64,000 nucleotides of DNA from positions 96,104-160,103 of the forward strand of contig DATIHX010000008.1 in NCBI GenBank assembly GCA_035480235.1, written 5' to 3'. The notes below the pieces were generated by a model. That model did no database searches. It had not been told where the DNA came from and worked only from the letters and a program-made list of their open reading frames with translations. Shown piece by piece: positions 16,825 through 25,197 of this stretch. Positions within the stretch are counted from its first letter, which is position 1. The number at the start of each line of letters is the position of its first letter. Both the position numbers and the translations under genes were made by a program. This stretch comes from Candidatus Saccharimonadales bacterium. Lineage in GTDB: Bacteria > Patescibacteriota > UBA1384 > 2-12-FULL-50-11.

Positions 16825-17008
16825 CAGCCAAGGCTACAGTTTTCATTGGAAAGGACAGGGGGCCTATTTGCGAGGCAGCCCCCTATCCTCTCCACTCCAA
16901 CCCCTGCACGCTTCTCACAGAGGTGTGGTGAAAACCTCCGGCTGCAAACCGGCAACTGGCACTGTTTGCTCCTACGGTTTTAGGAACTATTTAATAGCTA
17001 CAAAAAAG
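16825..17008 (+). ncRNA. structured intergenic repeat family, copy B
   Basis: Same architecture as copy A. Confidence 0.6.
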
Positions 17009-17029
17009 CTCGGGATTTCAAACCCGAGC
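17002..17029 (-). terminator. terminator of the membrane protein gene
   Basis: GCTCGGG-TTTGAAAT-CCCGAGC followed by T6 on the minus strand. Confidence 0.75.
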
Positions 17030-17038
17030 ATTGGGGAA

Positions 17039-17416
17039 CTATCTGGAGATAGAGGGCTTTTTTCGGTCAAACCACTCCACGAGGTTATGTGCCTGGAAGT
17101 ATACGAACCACCCCCAGACGAAATAAGCGGCCAGCAGCATTACCCAATCCAAGAGAAAGATGAGGAAGATTGAGAGAGAAAAGTGCTGGTTGTAGAGCTG
17201 CAGCTTGAGAAAGGCTGCTGCCGTCGCCGAGACGAATCCAGTAGGGTATTGGTACAAGAAAAGTGTATCATTGACCACAACCTTAACTGAAGCAAAGATT
17301 GTGAGGCCGGTCAGGATCAAAAAGCCTAAGACCGCCAGAATAATTAAAAAGAGCGTCATAACTTGCCTCCAAGCAAATGTTGAGAAAAGCTTAGCAAAAA
17401 TTCTCGAGAAAGTCAA
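17039..17416 (-). CDS. hypothetical membrane protein
   Basis: 125 aa with multiple hydrophobic helices. It overlaps the rodA stop. Confidence 0.6.
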   Translation of the reverse strand: MTFSRIFAKLFSTFAWRQVMTLFLIILAVLGFLILTGLTIFASVKVVVNDTLFLYQYPTGFVSATAAAFLKLQLYNQHFSLSIFLIFLLDWVMLLAAYFVWGWFVYFQAHNLVEWFDRKKPSISR

Positions 17417-18528
17417 GAGGCGAAGACGAATTTTTTGTGGCGGATGTGGATGGATTCGAGGATACCGAGGGCGGCGAGGTCGACGATAATGGCAGTGCCG
17501 CCGTAGGACATGAACGGCAATGGGATACCGGTAACGGGCAGTAGCCCGACGTTAATGCCGATATGAACCACTACTTGAAATAAGAGTTTGGCGGCAATAC
17601 CGATGGCCACGAGCTGGCCGAACGGGTCGGTCGACTCTCGGGCAATCGCCAGCACCCGCAAAATTAAGAAGGCGTAGAGGCCGAGCAGGATCATCGAGCC
17701 GACAAAACCGGTGGCTTCAGCGTAGCCGGCGAAGATAAAGTCGGCGTGCGGCACCGGTAAAAAGTTAAGGACCGTTTGCGAGCCTTGGCCGAAACCGCGG
17801 CCGGTCAGCCCGCCCGAACCGACGGCGATCAGGGCCTGGCGGACGTTATAGCCTTGACCCTCTGGGTCGGAAGCGGGGTTGAGAAATGTTGCGACCCGGT
17901 TTTTTTGGTAGGGCTTGAGGTGTCCCCAGGCCAGTGGGACAGCGACCACGAACAGCGCCGCGATCACGGCGAGCGTTCGCCAGTTCGGCTTGGCCGCTAA
18001 AAACAGGACGAGAAAGATCGTTAACAAGCAACCAGCGGTACCGAGGTCGGGCTGGGCCAGAACCAAACCAAAAGAGGCAACGGCCAGTAAAATATATAGA
18101 GTGGCGGCGCGCCAACTAACCTTGCCAATTCGTCCGCTCAAAAACTTGGCTCCAAAAATAATCGCGATCAGCTTGAAAATTTCGGCCGGCTGGACTTGAA
18201 AAAACCCTAGCGTCAGCCAACGGTGGGCGCCAAAAACCTTCAACACAAACGGCAGATGACTGGCCCACATCGGCAAAAGCGGCAACAGTAAAAGTAGGCC
18301 GATAATAAAGAGGGTTGAACTGACCGAGCCGATCGCCCGGTAGTCCGAGAACATAAAAATCGCCATGAAAACCAGGCCGATAAACGCGTATAGCAGCTGG
18401 CTGAGCGCTAACGAGGCGTGATGAGCAGCAAAGGTAATGGTGTAAATAGTGACGATGCCGGTGAGGAGTAACAAGAGCGGGATGAGAAGGGAGAACCAGT
18501 CAATTGGCAAGCTAAAGAGCTTGCGCAT
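17413..18528 (-). CDS. rodA: SEDS family peptidoglycan polymerase (RodA-like)
   Basis: FtsW/RodA/SpoVE family pattern of 10 TM helices, located outside the dcw cluster. Confidence 0.88.
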   Translation of the reverse strand: MRKLFSLPIDWFSLLIPLLLLLTGIVTIYTITFAAHHASLALSQLLYAFIGLVFMAIFMFSDYRAIGSVSSTLFIIGLLLLLPLLPMWASHLPFVLKVFGAHRWLTLGFFQVQPAEIFKLIAIIFGAKFLSGRIGKVSWRAATLYILLAVASFGLVLAQPDLGTAGCLLTIFLVLFLAAKPNWRTLAVIAALFVVAVPLAWGHLKPYQKNRVATFLNPASDPEGQGYNVRQALIAVGSGGLTGRGFGQGSQTVLNFLPVPHADFIFAGYAEATGFVGSMILLGLYAFLILRVLAIARESTDPFGQLVAIGIAAKLLFQVVVHIGINVGLLPVTGIPLPFMSYGGTAIIVDLAALGILESIHIRHKKFVFAS

Positions 18529-18947
18529 TACAGCTCGCCGTCTAAGGCGAGGTTGCCCAATTCGTCGGCCCGTTGGTTTTGCTCGCGACGGACGTGAACA
18601 AAACTCACCAGGTTATCGGCTTGCTCTAGTTTCATTTTTAATTTTTGAATCGCCTCAAAATGCGGCCGGAGCTCAGCGTTTTTCATTTTGTACTCGCCGT
18701 TCAGCTGCTTGACCATTAGCTCCGAGTCGGCAAAACAGGTAATTTCGTCGCTTCGCGGCGCCAGATCGTTCAGTTTAGTTAAGGCCGCCAGCAACGCTTG
18801 ATATTCGGCCTGGTTGTTGGTGGTGGCGGGAATGGTTTCGGCGTGCTCAATTATATCAGCCGCGGGAATTTCGATGACGTAGGCGATGGCTGCTGGGCCG
18901 GGGTTACCACGAGCGGCGCCGTCGGTGTGGATACGAATTTCAGCCAT
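18528..18947 (-). CDS. rnhA: ribonuclease HI
   Basis: IHTDGAARGNPGPAA...QAEY... RNase H fold motifs. Confidence 0.9.
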   Translation of the reverse strand: MAEIRIHTDGAARGNPGPAAIAYVIEIPAADIIEHAETIPATTNNQAEYQALLAALTKLNDLAPRSDEITCFADSELMVKQLNGEYKMKNAELRPHFEAIQKLKMKLEQADNLVSFVHVRREQNQRADELGNLALDGEL

Positions 18948-18984
18948 TGCTGTACTCTAGCAATTTCGAGCAAAACTCACAATC

Positions 18985-20010
18985 CTACGGAGTGACGTTA
19001 CCGGTTCCCCCATAGACATTAAAGTCGTAGATACTAAGTAAAGTGCCGGATTTGCGGTCGACGGTGGCCAACAGCGTCCGTTTGGTGGCGCCGGCGTAAC
19101 CGGTGGCGGTGATTTTGCTGACGGTGGAATCGAAGTTAACGTTGGCGCTGGTGGTGCCGCTGGAGCTGGTGACGGTGGAAAAGGTGGCGCCGACGCTGCC
19201 CAAATTGTAACAACTGGAGCCGACGCCGCTGGTGCCGAGTGGCCGAATGCGCAAAGTGCTCGCCACGCTGCCGCCGCCGGTACCGCCTCGTATCAGCAAA
19301 TTGGTTCCCTGGGCTGCCGAGTCGTAAGTGGGCTGGCTGCCGATTTGGCTAACGACCACTTGTGGCTGGAATTGAGTGCCGCTACCGTTTTGGTTGATTT
19401 GTTGAATCGTCACCGAGCAGCCGCTGGGGTTGCCGGTCCAGCTGAATTGATAGCGAAGATAATAGTCGTTGGTTGAATCGGGAAAACCGGTTAATTCCAA
19501 GCTGTCGTCTTGGGCGATCGGGCTGGCTAATGTCAGAGCGGCGTTGGTGGTTTTGTAGTCGACTTTCAAGTCGTAGTATTGGTGAACTGGGTTGTAGCCG
19601 CTGGTCGAGGTGATGGTAGTGTTATCCTGAACGTTGCCAACGGCACTGCCGGCGGTTAGGTCGTAGCGCTCAGCAGTACTTAAGACAGCCCCGTTGGTGT
19701 CGCGGCGAATGGTGTCGACGTTGCGGCCGAACCTAAAGCGAACCAAGCCGTCTTCGATGCCGGCTTTGGCGGCGTAATAAGCAGCGACGTTATCTTCGTC
19801 GGCCGACGACTGGCCAAACTGCACCAGCGCCAACCGCTGAACGCCGAGGGTTACCGTGACGATGCCGGCCACCACCAGCATAACGAAAATTAGACTACTC
19901 GCCGAGGATCGGCGAGCAGAATTACTGAATCTTCGAATTACTGAATTACTGATTTTTTCCGGATTTAGTAATTTAGTCATTGAGTTATTACGTAATTCTT
20001 TCTTAGTCAT
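18985..20010 (-). CDS. pilin-like/minor pilin protein with an AT-rich-encoded leader
   Basis: The start is taken at the ATG overlapping the upstream stop (ATGA). N-terminus MTKKELRNNSMTKLLNPEKISNSVIRRFSNS followed by a hydrophobic helix. Confidence 0.6.
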   Translation of the reverse strand: MTKKELRNNSMTKLLNPEKISNSVIRRFSNSARRSSASSLIFVMLVVAGIVTVTLGVQRLALVQFGQSSADEDNVAAYYAAKAGIEDGLVRFRFGRNVDTIRRDTNGAVLSTAERYDLTAGSAVGNVQDNTTITSTSGYNPVHQYYDLKVDYKTTNAALTLASPIAQDDSLELTGFPDSTNDYYLRYQFSWTGNPSGCSVTIQQINQNGSGTQFQPQVVVSQIGSQPTYDSAAQGTNLLIRGGTGGGSVASTLRIRPLGTSGVGSSCYNLGSVGATFSTVTSSSGTTSANVNFDSTVSKITATGYAGATKRTLLATVDRKSGTLLSIYDFNVYGGTGNVTP

Positions 20011-20816
20011 ATTGCTCCCGGCACCACCGTGGTATCTAAAGTGTAACAGGTGCCGGCGCCGAGGGTGGCGCAAGTTTGGGCAGCATCGCCGGCCGGTTTC
20101 AGATCGAAGTGGATTTTGACGTACGGCGAAGCCGTGGCGCTTTTGGCAGCGGCGATGTCGAGACCGCTAAAGACCGGCGTCAGGCCGCCAAGGCCGTCGG
20201 CGACGTAGGCGCTGCTCAACAAGTCGGCCGGGGTGGCTGGTGGGCTGGCCGCCGCACACGGCGCGGTTTGGCTGGCGACCACGGGGTTGCCGCCGCCAAG
20301 TGGGGTGCAAACCGACAAGCCGCGCAACTCGTAGACGTAAACGCTTGGCCGGTTATTGAGGGTTTGGGCGGCGTAGAGGCGCCAAACCAAATCCCCTGCC
20401 CCGGTGGCGCCTGGGTACTTCAACAGCAGTTCGGCTTCGTCACAGCCAAAAGCGTTACCCAACCGAACGCCCGTAAAGATGCTAGCCGGCGAGCCGCAGC
20501 TGCTTTTGAGCGAAGCTGGTTGGTCGACGGTATCCACGTAGTGCAAGTCGTTGGTGAGTTGGTCAGTCACCGACCGAGCGGCTTGAACTTGGGCCCGGAC
20601 GACGTTACTTTGGCTGCTAGAGCTGACCGAACGGGCAAAAGCGGCAATGGCCAGAACGATGAGGCCGGAAAAGATCAGCACCGAGACCAGGAGTTCGATG
20701 AGGGTGTAGGCTCGGCGAGAAGCTCTCGCCGAATGACTAAATCTCTGAATTACTGAATTACTGAGTCTATTTAGTAATTTAGTAATTTCGTAATTTCGTA
20801 ATTTTTTTCTGATCAT
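20007..20816 (-). CDS. type IV pilin-like protein (pseudopilin)
   Basis: 36-aa leader, then YTLIELLVSVLIF. ATGA overlap with the upstream gene. Confidence 0.75.
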   Translation of the reverse strand: MIRKKLRNYEITKLLNRLSNSVIQRFSHSARASRRAYTLIELLVSVLIFSGLIVLAIAAFARSVSSSSQSNVVRAQVQAARSVTDQLTNDLHYVDTVDQPASLKSSCGSPASIFTGVRLGNAFGCDEAELLLKYPGATGAGDLVWRLYAAQTLNNRPSVYVYELRGLSVCTPLGGGNPVVASQTAPCAAASPPATPADLLSSAYVADGLGGLTPVFSGLDIAAAKSATASPYVKIHFDLKPAGDAAQTCATLGAGTCYTLDTTVVPGAI

Positions 20817-21640
20817 TGCCCGCTCCCCCCGGTGCCAAAGTTGGCGCCACTGAATCCAGCCGTTTGCTCAAAGCCTTTCCAGTTGGTGAGTAATGTTGCC
20901 ACGTCGGCGACGGTGAAGCCGGTTTTATTGCTTGTAACAACCACCGAGCGAACTTTGACGGCGTTGCCGGCCGGGATGATGGTGGGGCTGTTGGTAGCAA
21001 CGCTGGAGAGTTCGTCGCGATTAAGACTGGCTTGAGTGTTGGTGCAGTAGTTGTTAGCGCTGTCGCAAGGGGCGGTGGTGTGCGAGCGGTCGCCGTCGCT
21101 GGCGATCGCTGAGCCGCCGGCGCTAGTGTTACAGCTATCGGTGGTGGCGTCCCGCCGGGTAACAGCCCCGACCGACTCCAGGCAAATCAGGCGAAAAGCC
21201 GTCAGCGACTGGCTGGTTTTGGCTTCGCTATTGGTGTTGTTAAGGGTAGTAAAATCGATGGTATTGCCCAGACCAGTGGCTTTAGTGAGCGCCCAATTGT
21301 TACCGTTTTGGCTTAACGTGTACCAGCCGTAATTAGCCGGGTCGGTGGCTTCGTTGAGCCAAATTGAGTTATTGCCGTCGTTGTTGCCCGCCAGTAAATT
21401 ATCGTCGCGATGAGCGGCGGTGAGCTCCAACCCCTCGCTGGCCCAACGGTTGAGAATGGTGACATCGGCGTTAACGGCTGTCCCCCGGATAATTGAGTTG
21501 TTGAGGCCAACAATCGCCCCGGAAACGATAAATAAGATACCCCCGGCAATTAGTACTTCCAACAACGTGAAACCCTTCTTAGAATTACTAAATAACTTAA
21601 TTTTAGTAATTTTATTATTTAGTAATTTTCTTATTGCCAT
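20813..21640 (-). CDS. type IV pilin-like protein
   Basis: MAIRKLLNNKITKIKLFSNSKKG then FTLLEVLIAGGILF. Confidence 0.8.
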   Translation of the reverse strand: MAIRKLLNNKITKIKLFSNSKKGFTLLEVLIAGGILFIVSGAIVGLNNSIIRGTAVNADVTILNRWASEGLELTAAHRDDNLLAGNNDGNNSIWLNEATDPANYGWYTLSQNGNNWALTKATGLGNTIDFTTLNNTNSEAKTSQSLTAFRLICLESVGAVTRRDATTDSCNTSAGGSAIASDGDRSHTTAPCDSANNYCTNTQASLNRDELSSVATNSPTIIPAGNAVKVRSVVVTSNKTGFTVADVATLLTNWKGFEQTAGFSGANFGTGGSGQ

Positions 21641-21651
21641 TTAGTCATTAC

Positions 21652-22335
21652 CTAGTTATAGGTTGAAGTTATTTTACCGGTAAAATTATCTACATTAACT
21701 GTGGCGGTGCGGCCGTTGAAAGTCAATTGGAAAAGCGGATGAGTAAAATTGGTGATGGTATCAACCTGCCAGCTCTTGCCAACTTTGCTGAAGCTGGTCA
21801 GCTGCTTGATCGGGGCTTTGAACGCCACCACGGCCGAGCTGGCCGACTGGTTAGCGAGGCTGTCGCCGCCCGAAAGTTGATCCTGTTCAACCAAGCAGCT
21901 ACTCGAAGTGGCGGCGGCGTTGATGCCGCAACTGCCGCCGTTCAAATCGGTAGAGAGCTTAACGATCCGGTAGCTGGTTTGCCCGCTCCCCGGGGCGATG
22001 AGTAGGGCGTAATAGGTGCTGTCTGGGTCGGCTTGAAAGTTTGAACTACCCGAAGAAAGCTGGGTAGAACCGGCCAGCAGCCGGACGTACTCAATTTTAC
22101 TTTCTAGCAAGGTGACGTCGTCGGCCAGACGATTAACAGAAAGTGACCGCGAGACATTAGTCACCAAGATGCCGGTTAACAGGCCAATAATGGCGATGGT
22201 GATTAATAACTCGACCAGAGTAAAAGCCCGCTTGCGAGGGAATATCGAATATCGAATTTCGAATTTCGAAACAAATCCAAAATACAAATTCTTAAATTTC
22301 GGATTTCGGATTTCGGATTTCGGATTTTCTTTCAT
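21652..22335 (-). CDS. type IV pilin-like protein
   Basis: The start ATG overlaps the pilD stop (ATGA). 37-aa leader MKENPKSEIRNPKFKN...RKRA followed by FTLVELLITIAIIG. Confidence 0.8.
   Translation of the reverse strand: MKENPKSEIRNPKFKNLYFGFVSKFEIRYSIFPRKRAFTLVELLITIAIIGLLTGILVTNVSRSLSVNRLADDVTLLESKIEYVRLLAGSTQLSSGSSNFQADPDSTYYALLIAPGSGQTSYRIVKLSTDLNGGSCGINAAATSSSCLVEQDQLSGGDSLANQSASSAVVAFKAPIKQLTSFSKVGKSWQVDTITNFTHPLFQLTFNGRTATVNVDNFTGKITSTYN
22240..22323 (-). repeat. two heptanucleotide tandem repeats inside the pilin leader coding region
   Basis: (GAATWTC)x4 at 22240-22267 and (ATTTCGG)x4 at 22296-22323. Confidence 0.9.
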
Positions 22336-23108
22336 AGCCCCATCCCCCCAAGGTACCAAGCGATAGCCGTGGTTCCCCAAAAAAGGGCGAGCAGGCCGCC
22401 GATAATCAGGAACGGCCCAAAGGGCACGGCGGTTTTCAGTTTAGCCCGTTTGGTTAAGAGTAAAATCGCCCCAAAAACGCCGCCGATCACAAAAGCCAAT
22501 GAGACAAAAACAATGGCGTTCGGGTAACCGGCCAGTAACCCTAGGCCGGCGGCTAGCTTCAAGTCGCCCTCGCCCATCCAGGTGCCGCGGCTGGGGTAAA
22601 CCAGGAGCGCCACCGGCAGAAAACCAATCAGTGCCCCGTACAAACTGTGCAATGGGTTCTGGTAGTACAAAAGCGAAAAAATGGCGGCGCCAAAAAGCAA
22701 AACGTAGGCAAAAAAGTCCGGGATCAACATCTCTTTAAGGTCGTGGAAAAACATCACTACCAAAGCGCCAATAGCGACGATAAAAGCGATGAAAGCGCCA
22801 ATTTGGGAGGCGAGGGTTAAGCTGGAAGTATTGAAAATTAAAAAGTAGCCGCCGGCCAGCAAAAAAGCCGTGGCAGTTTCCACTACCGGGTACTGCCAGG
22901 AAATTGGCCGGCCGCAGTAACGACAGCGGCCTTTGAGGGTGGCGTAACTAATAACCGGGATCAGGTCGTACCATCTTAAATCGGTGCGGCAGTCTGGGCA
23001 GTGGGAGCGACCGGTTAAAATGGTCCGCCACTCGTCAAAGCGCAAAATCACCACGTTCAAGAATGAGCCGAAGACTAAGCCGAAAACAAAAGCGACGATT
23101 CCCCCCAT
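22332..23108 (-). CDS. pilD: prepilin peptidase (A24 family)
   Basis: CPDC...RCRYC zinc motif, multi-TM, aspartyl peptidase A24 pattern. Confidence 0.93.
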   Translation of the reverse strand: MGGIVAFVFGLVFGSFLNVVILRFDEWRTILTGRSHCPDCRTDLRWYDLIPVISYATLKGRCRYCGRPISWQYPVVETATAFLLAGGYFLIFNTSSLTLASQIGAFIAFIVAIGALVVMFFHDLKEMLIPDFFAYVLLFGAAIFSLLYYQNPLHSLYGALIGFLPVALLVYPSRGTWMGEGDLKLAAGLGLLAGYPNAIVFVSLAFVIGGVFGAILLLTKRAKLKTAVPFGPFLIIGGLLALFWGTTAIAWYLGGMGL

Positions 23109-23197
23109 ACTTCATTCATAGTAACAGTTTTAGGCGCCGAGCAAAGGAGGGATTATCCCACTTTCAATTTTCCTTAATCGATAGATTCAATTCTACT

Positions 23198-23221
23198 AAA
23201 GGCAGGGTTTCCCCTGCCTTT
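23198..23221 (-). terminator. terminator after pilA
   Basis: AAAGGCAGGG-TTTC-CCCTGCCTTT. Confidence 0.75.
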
Positions 23222-23288
23222 AGAGTTTTTCAATGAAGTTGAAAAACTATTGCGGACCGCGATGCGGGACGCAAAGAGCCTGAAATCT

Positions 23289-23855
23289 CTATTGCGGACC
23301 GTAAACGACCCAAGCTCGGACGTTGTTACCCATAGTGGTTAACTGATACGCCGCGCCGTTACCTGGCGTTACTGTACCGGTCGCGCCGGCCAAGTACTCA
23401 CCGTTACCGGTGGCGACTGTGCCTTCCGTGCCGTTCTGCAAAGCCGCGGCCGCCGCATAGTTGGTGGTCGTAGCGTTCGAGGTGTATTTGGCGGTGTTGT
23501 AGCCAGTAAACACCTGCGAAGTCGCGCCGCCGGTGACGTACGAAGCCAAACAAGCGCCCAGCGTTACCCCAGCGTTGGCGCAGTTGGAAACCGTGCCGCC
23601 GTTGATGTTGACGCCGTTAGCCGCCGCCGTTGGGTAGGCCCCGGTCGTTTGATCGGAGTAGTACTGCTCCAACGTAGTCGAGAGCGTGCGCAAGTTATTC
23701 TTGGTTTGAGTGTCGGCGGCTCGCAGACGAGCACCGGTCAGCGAAGTAATAATCAACGCCGCCAAGATACCGATAATGGCGATGACGACGAGCAATTCAA
23801 TTAACGTAAACCCGCGCCGGCCAACCAAAGCAAAACCTTTTTTCATCTTATTCAT
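23289..23855 (-). CDS. pilA: type IV major pilin
   Basis: MNKMKKGFALVGRRG then FTLIELLVVIAIIGILAAL. It has its own promoter and terminator. Confidence 0.9.
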   Translation of the reverse strand: MNKMKKGFALVGRRGFTLIELLVVIAIIGILAALIITSLTGARLRAADTQTKNNLRTLSTTLEQYYSDQTTGAYPTAAANGVNINGGTVSNCANAGVTLGACLASYVTGGATSQVFTGYNTAKYTSNATTTNYAAAAALQNGTEGTVATGNGEYLAGATGTVTPGNGAAYQLTTMGNNVRAWVVYGPQ

Positions 23856-23939
23856 TGTTTCTCCTTTAAAGACTCATGAAGATTCAGCTTTCGTCGACCG
23901 CCCCTCTCGCAAACTATACCGGTGAAAGCCATTAACCTT

Positions 23940-23968
23940 ACTATCACCTGCCACATAATGGCTGTCAA
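23940..23968 (-). promoter_or_regulatory. pilA promoter
   Basis: Minus strand reads TTGACA, 17 nt, GATAGT. Confidence 0.6.
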
Positions 23969-23987
23969 GGTGACGCGGGAAAAAGCG

Positions 23988-25064
23988 TTATTGAATGACG
24001 CTGGAAAGGTTGTAGATCGGCACGATGATGGAGAAGATCAAGAACGCCACGCCGAGGCCGACAATCACAAAGACGATCGGCTCGACCAGCGCCGAGATAT
24101 TTTTAATCTGTTGGTTGGTTTGGGCTTCGTAGAAGTCGGCCAATTTTGATAAGACCTGTTCGAGTTTGCCGGTTTTTTCGCCGGCGGCGACCATTTCGGT
24201 GATGGCCGCTGGAAATTCGGGGAATTTGGCTAAGGTTTGGGAGATCGGGGCGCCGCGCTCGACGTTGCGGGCCACCACTAAGAGAGCGTCGCGGTAGACG
24301 ACGCTGTCGAGCACCAACGCCACCGAATCGAGGGCCGTAATAATCGGCACGCCGGCCGAGATCATAATGCCCAGAATCCGGGTGAAGCGGGCCATTTCCA
24401 AAGAAACGAACATCCCGCCGAAAACCGGAATTTTAATGACCCAAGTATTAATAAAACGCTGACCTTCTTCGCTCCGGACAAAGCGGATAATTAAGTAAAT
24501 TAATATTCCCAGGCCGATAATATAGAGGTACCAGTAGGCGATCAGCGAATTGGTCAGCGCTACGACCGTCCGGGTGGTCCAGGGCAAGGTGGCGTGGCTT
24601 TGTTTGAAGACTACTTCGAGGGCTGGGACGATCTTGGTGACCATAATAATGCCAACGAAAAACATCGCCACAATAATGAAAGCTGGGTAGAGTAAGGCCC
24701 CCAAAACTTTCGAGCGGAAGCCATAATCGCGCTCCAGTTCGTCGGCTAAGAGACCTAAAGCAACGTCGAGTTTACCCGAGGCTTCGCCGGCCGCCACCAC
24801 CGAAACAAAAACGTGATTGAAAACTTTTGGATGTTTTTGGATGGCATCGGAGAATTTGTAGCCGTTTTCCAAATCAGCGACGATCGCCGTTAAGGCCGTT
24901 TGAACGGCTTTGTTTTGCGACTGCTCGGCCAGCGAACGGGTGGCTTGGGCTAGCGGCAAGCCGGCATCCAGCATCACCGCCAGTTGCCGAGCCACAAACG
25001 ACCGATCCGACGCCGGCACCGTGCCCAAAATATTGGCAATAGACAGGCTTTGGGTCTGGGCCAC
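23988..25064 (-). CDS. pilC: type IV pilus platform protein (GspF/PilC family)
   Basis: Two GspF-like repeats with three TM helices. GTG start. Confidence 0.93.
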   Translation of the reverse strand: MAQTQSLSIANILGTVPASDRSFVARQLAVMLDAGLPLAQATRSLAEQSQNKAVQTALTAIVADLENGYKFSDAIQKHPKVFNHVFVSVVAAGEASGKLDVALGLLADELERDYGFRSKVLGALLYPAFIIVAMFFVGIIMVTKIVPALEVVFKQSHATLPWTTRTVVALTNSLIAYWYLYIIGLGILIYLIIRFVRSEEGQRFINTWVIKIPVFGGMFVSLEMARFTRILGIMISAGVPIITALDSVALVLDSVVYRDALLVVARNVERGAPISQTLAKFPEFPAAITEMVAAGEKTGKLEQVLSKLADFYEAQTNQQIKNISALVEPIVFVIVGLGVAFLIFSIIVPIYNLSSVIQ

Positions 25065-25129
25065 TAGAAATCTCCGATTTCTAGAATTACTAAATTACTG
25101 AATTTTTCCGGATTTAGTAATTTAATCAT
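25064..25129 (-). other. 21-codon AT-rich mini-ORF whose stop overlaps the pilC start (TAGTG)
   Basis: MIKLLNPEKFSNLVILEIGDF*. The nucleotide module is shared with the pilin leaders. Confidence 0.4.
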
Positions 25130-25197
25130 TTTGCGAAGTGATAACAGAGCGAATGTAAATGGATAATACATTTAGTAATTTAGTAATTATTTCCTCG

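Noticed and set aside
22240-22330. Short tandem repeats and the AT-rich repeat patches (19918-20010, 20733-20816, 21585-21651, 25085-25189, 45680-45760) as a CRISPR array
   Set aside because: The units are 7-8 nt with no spacers, and most lie inside coding leaders. No cas genes are present.
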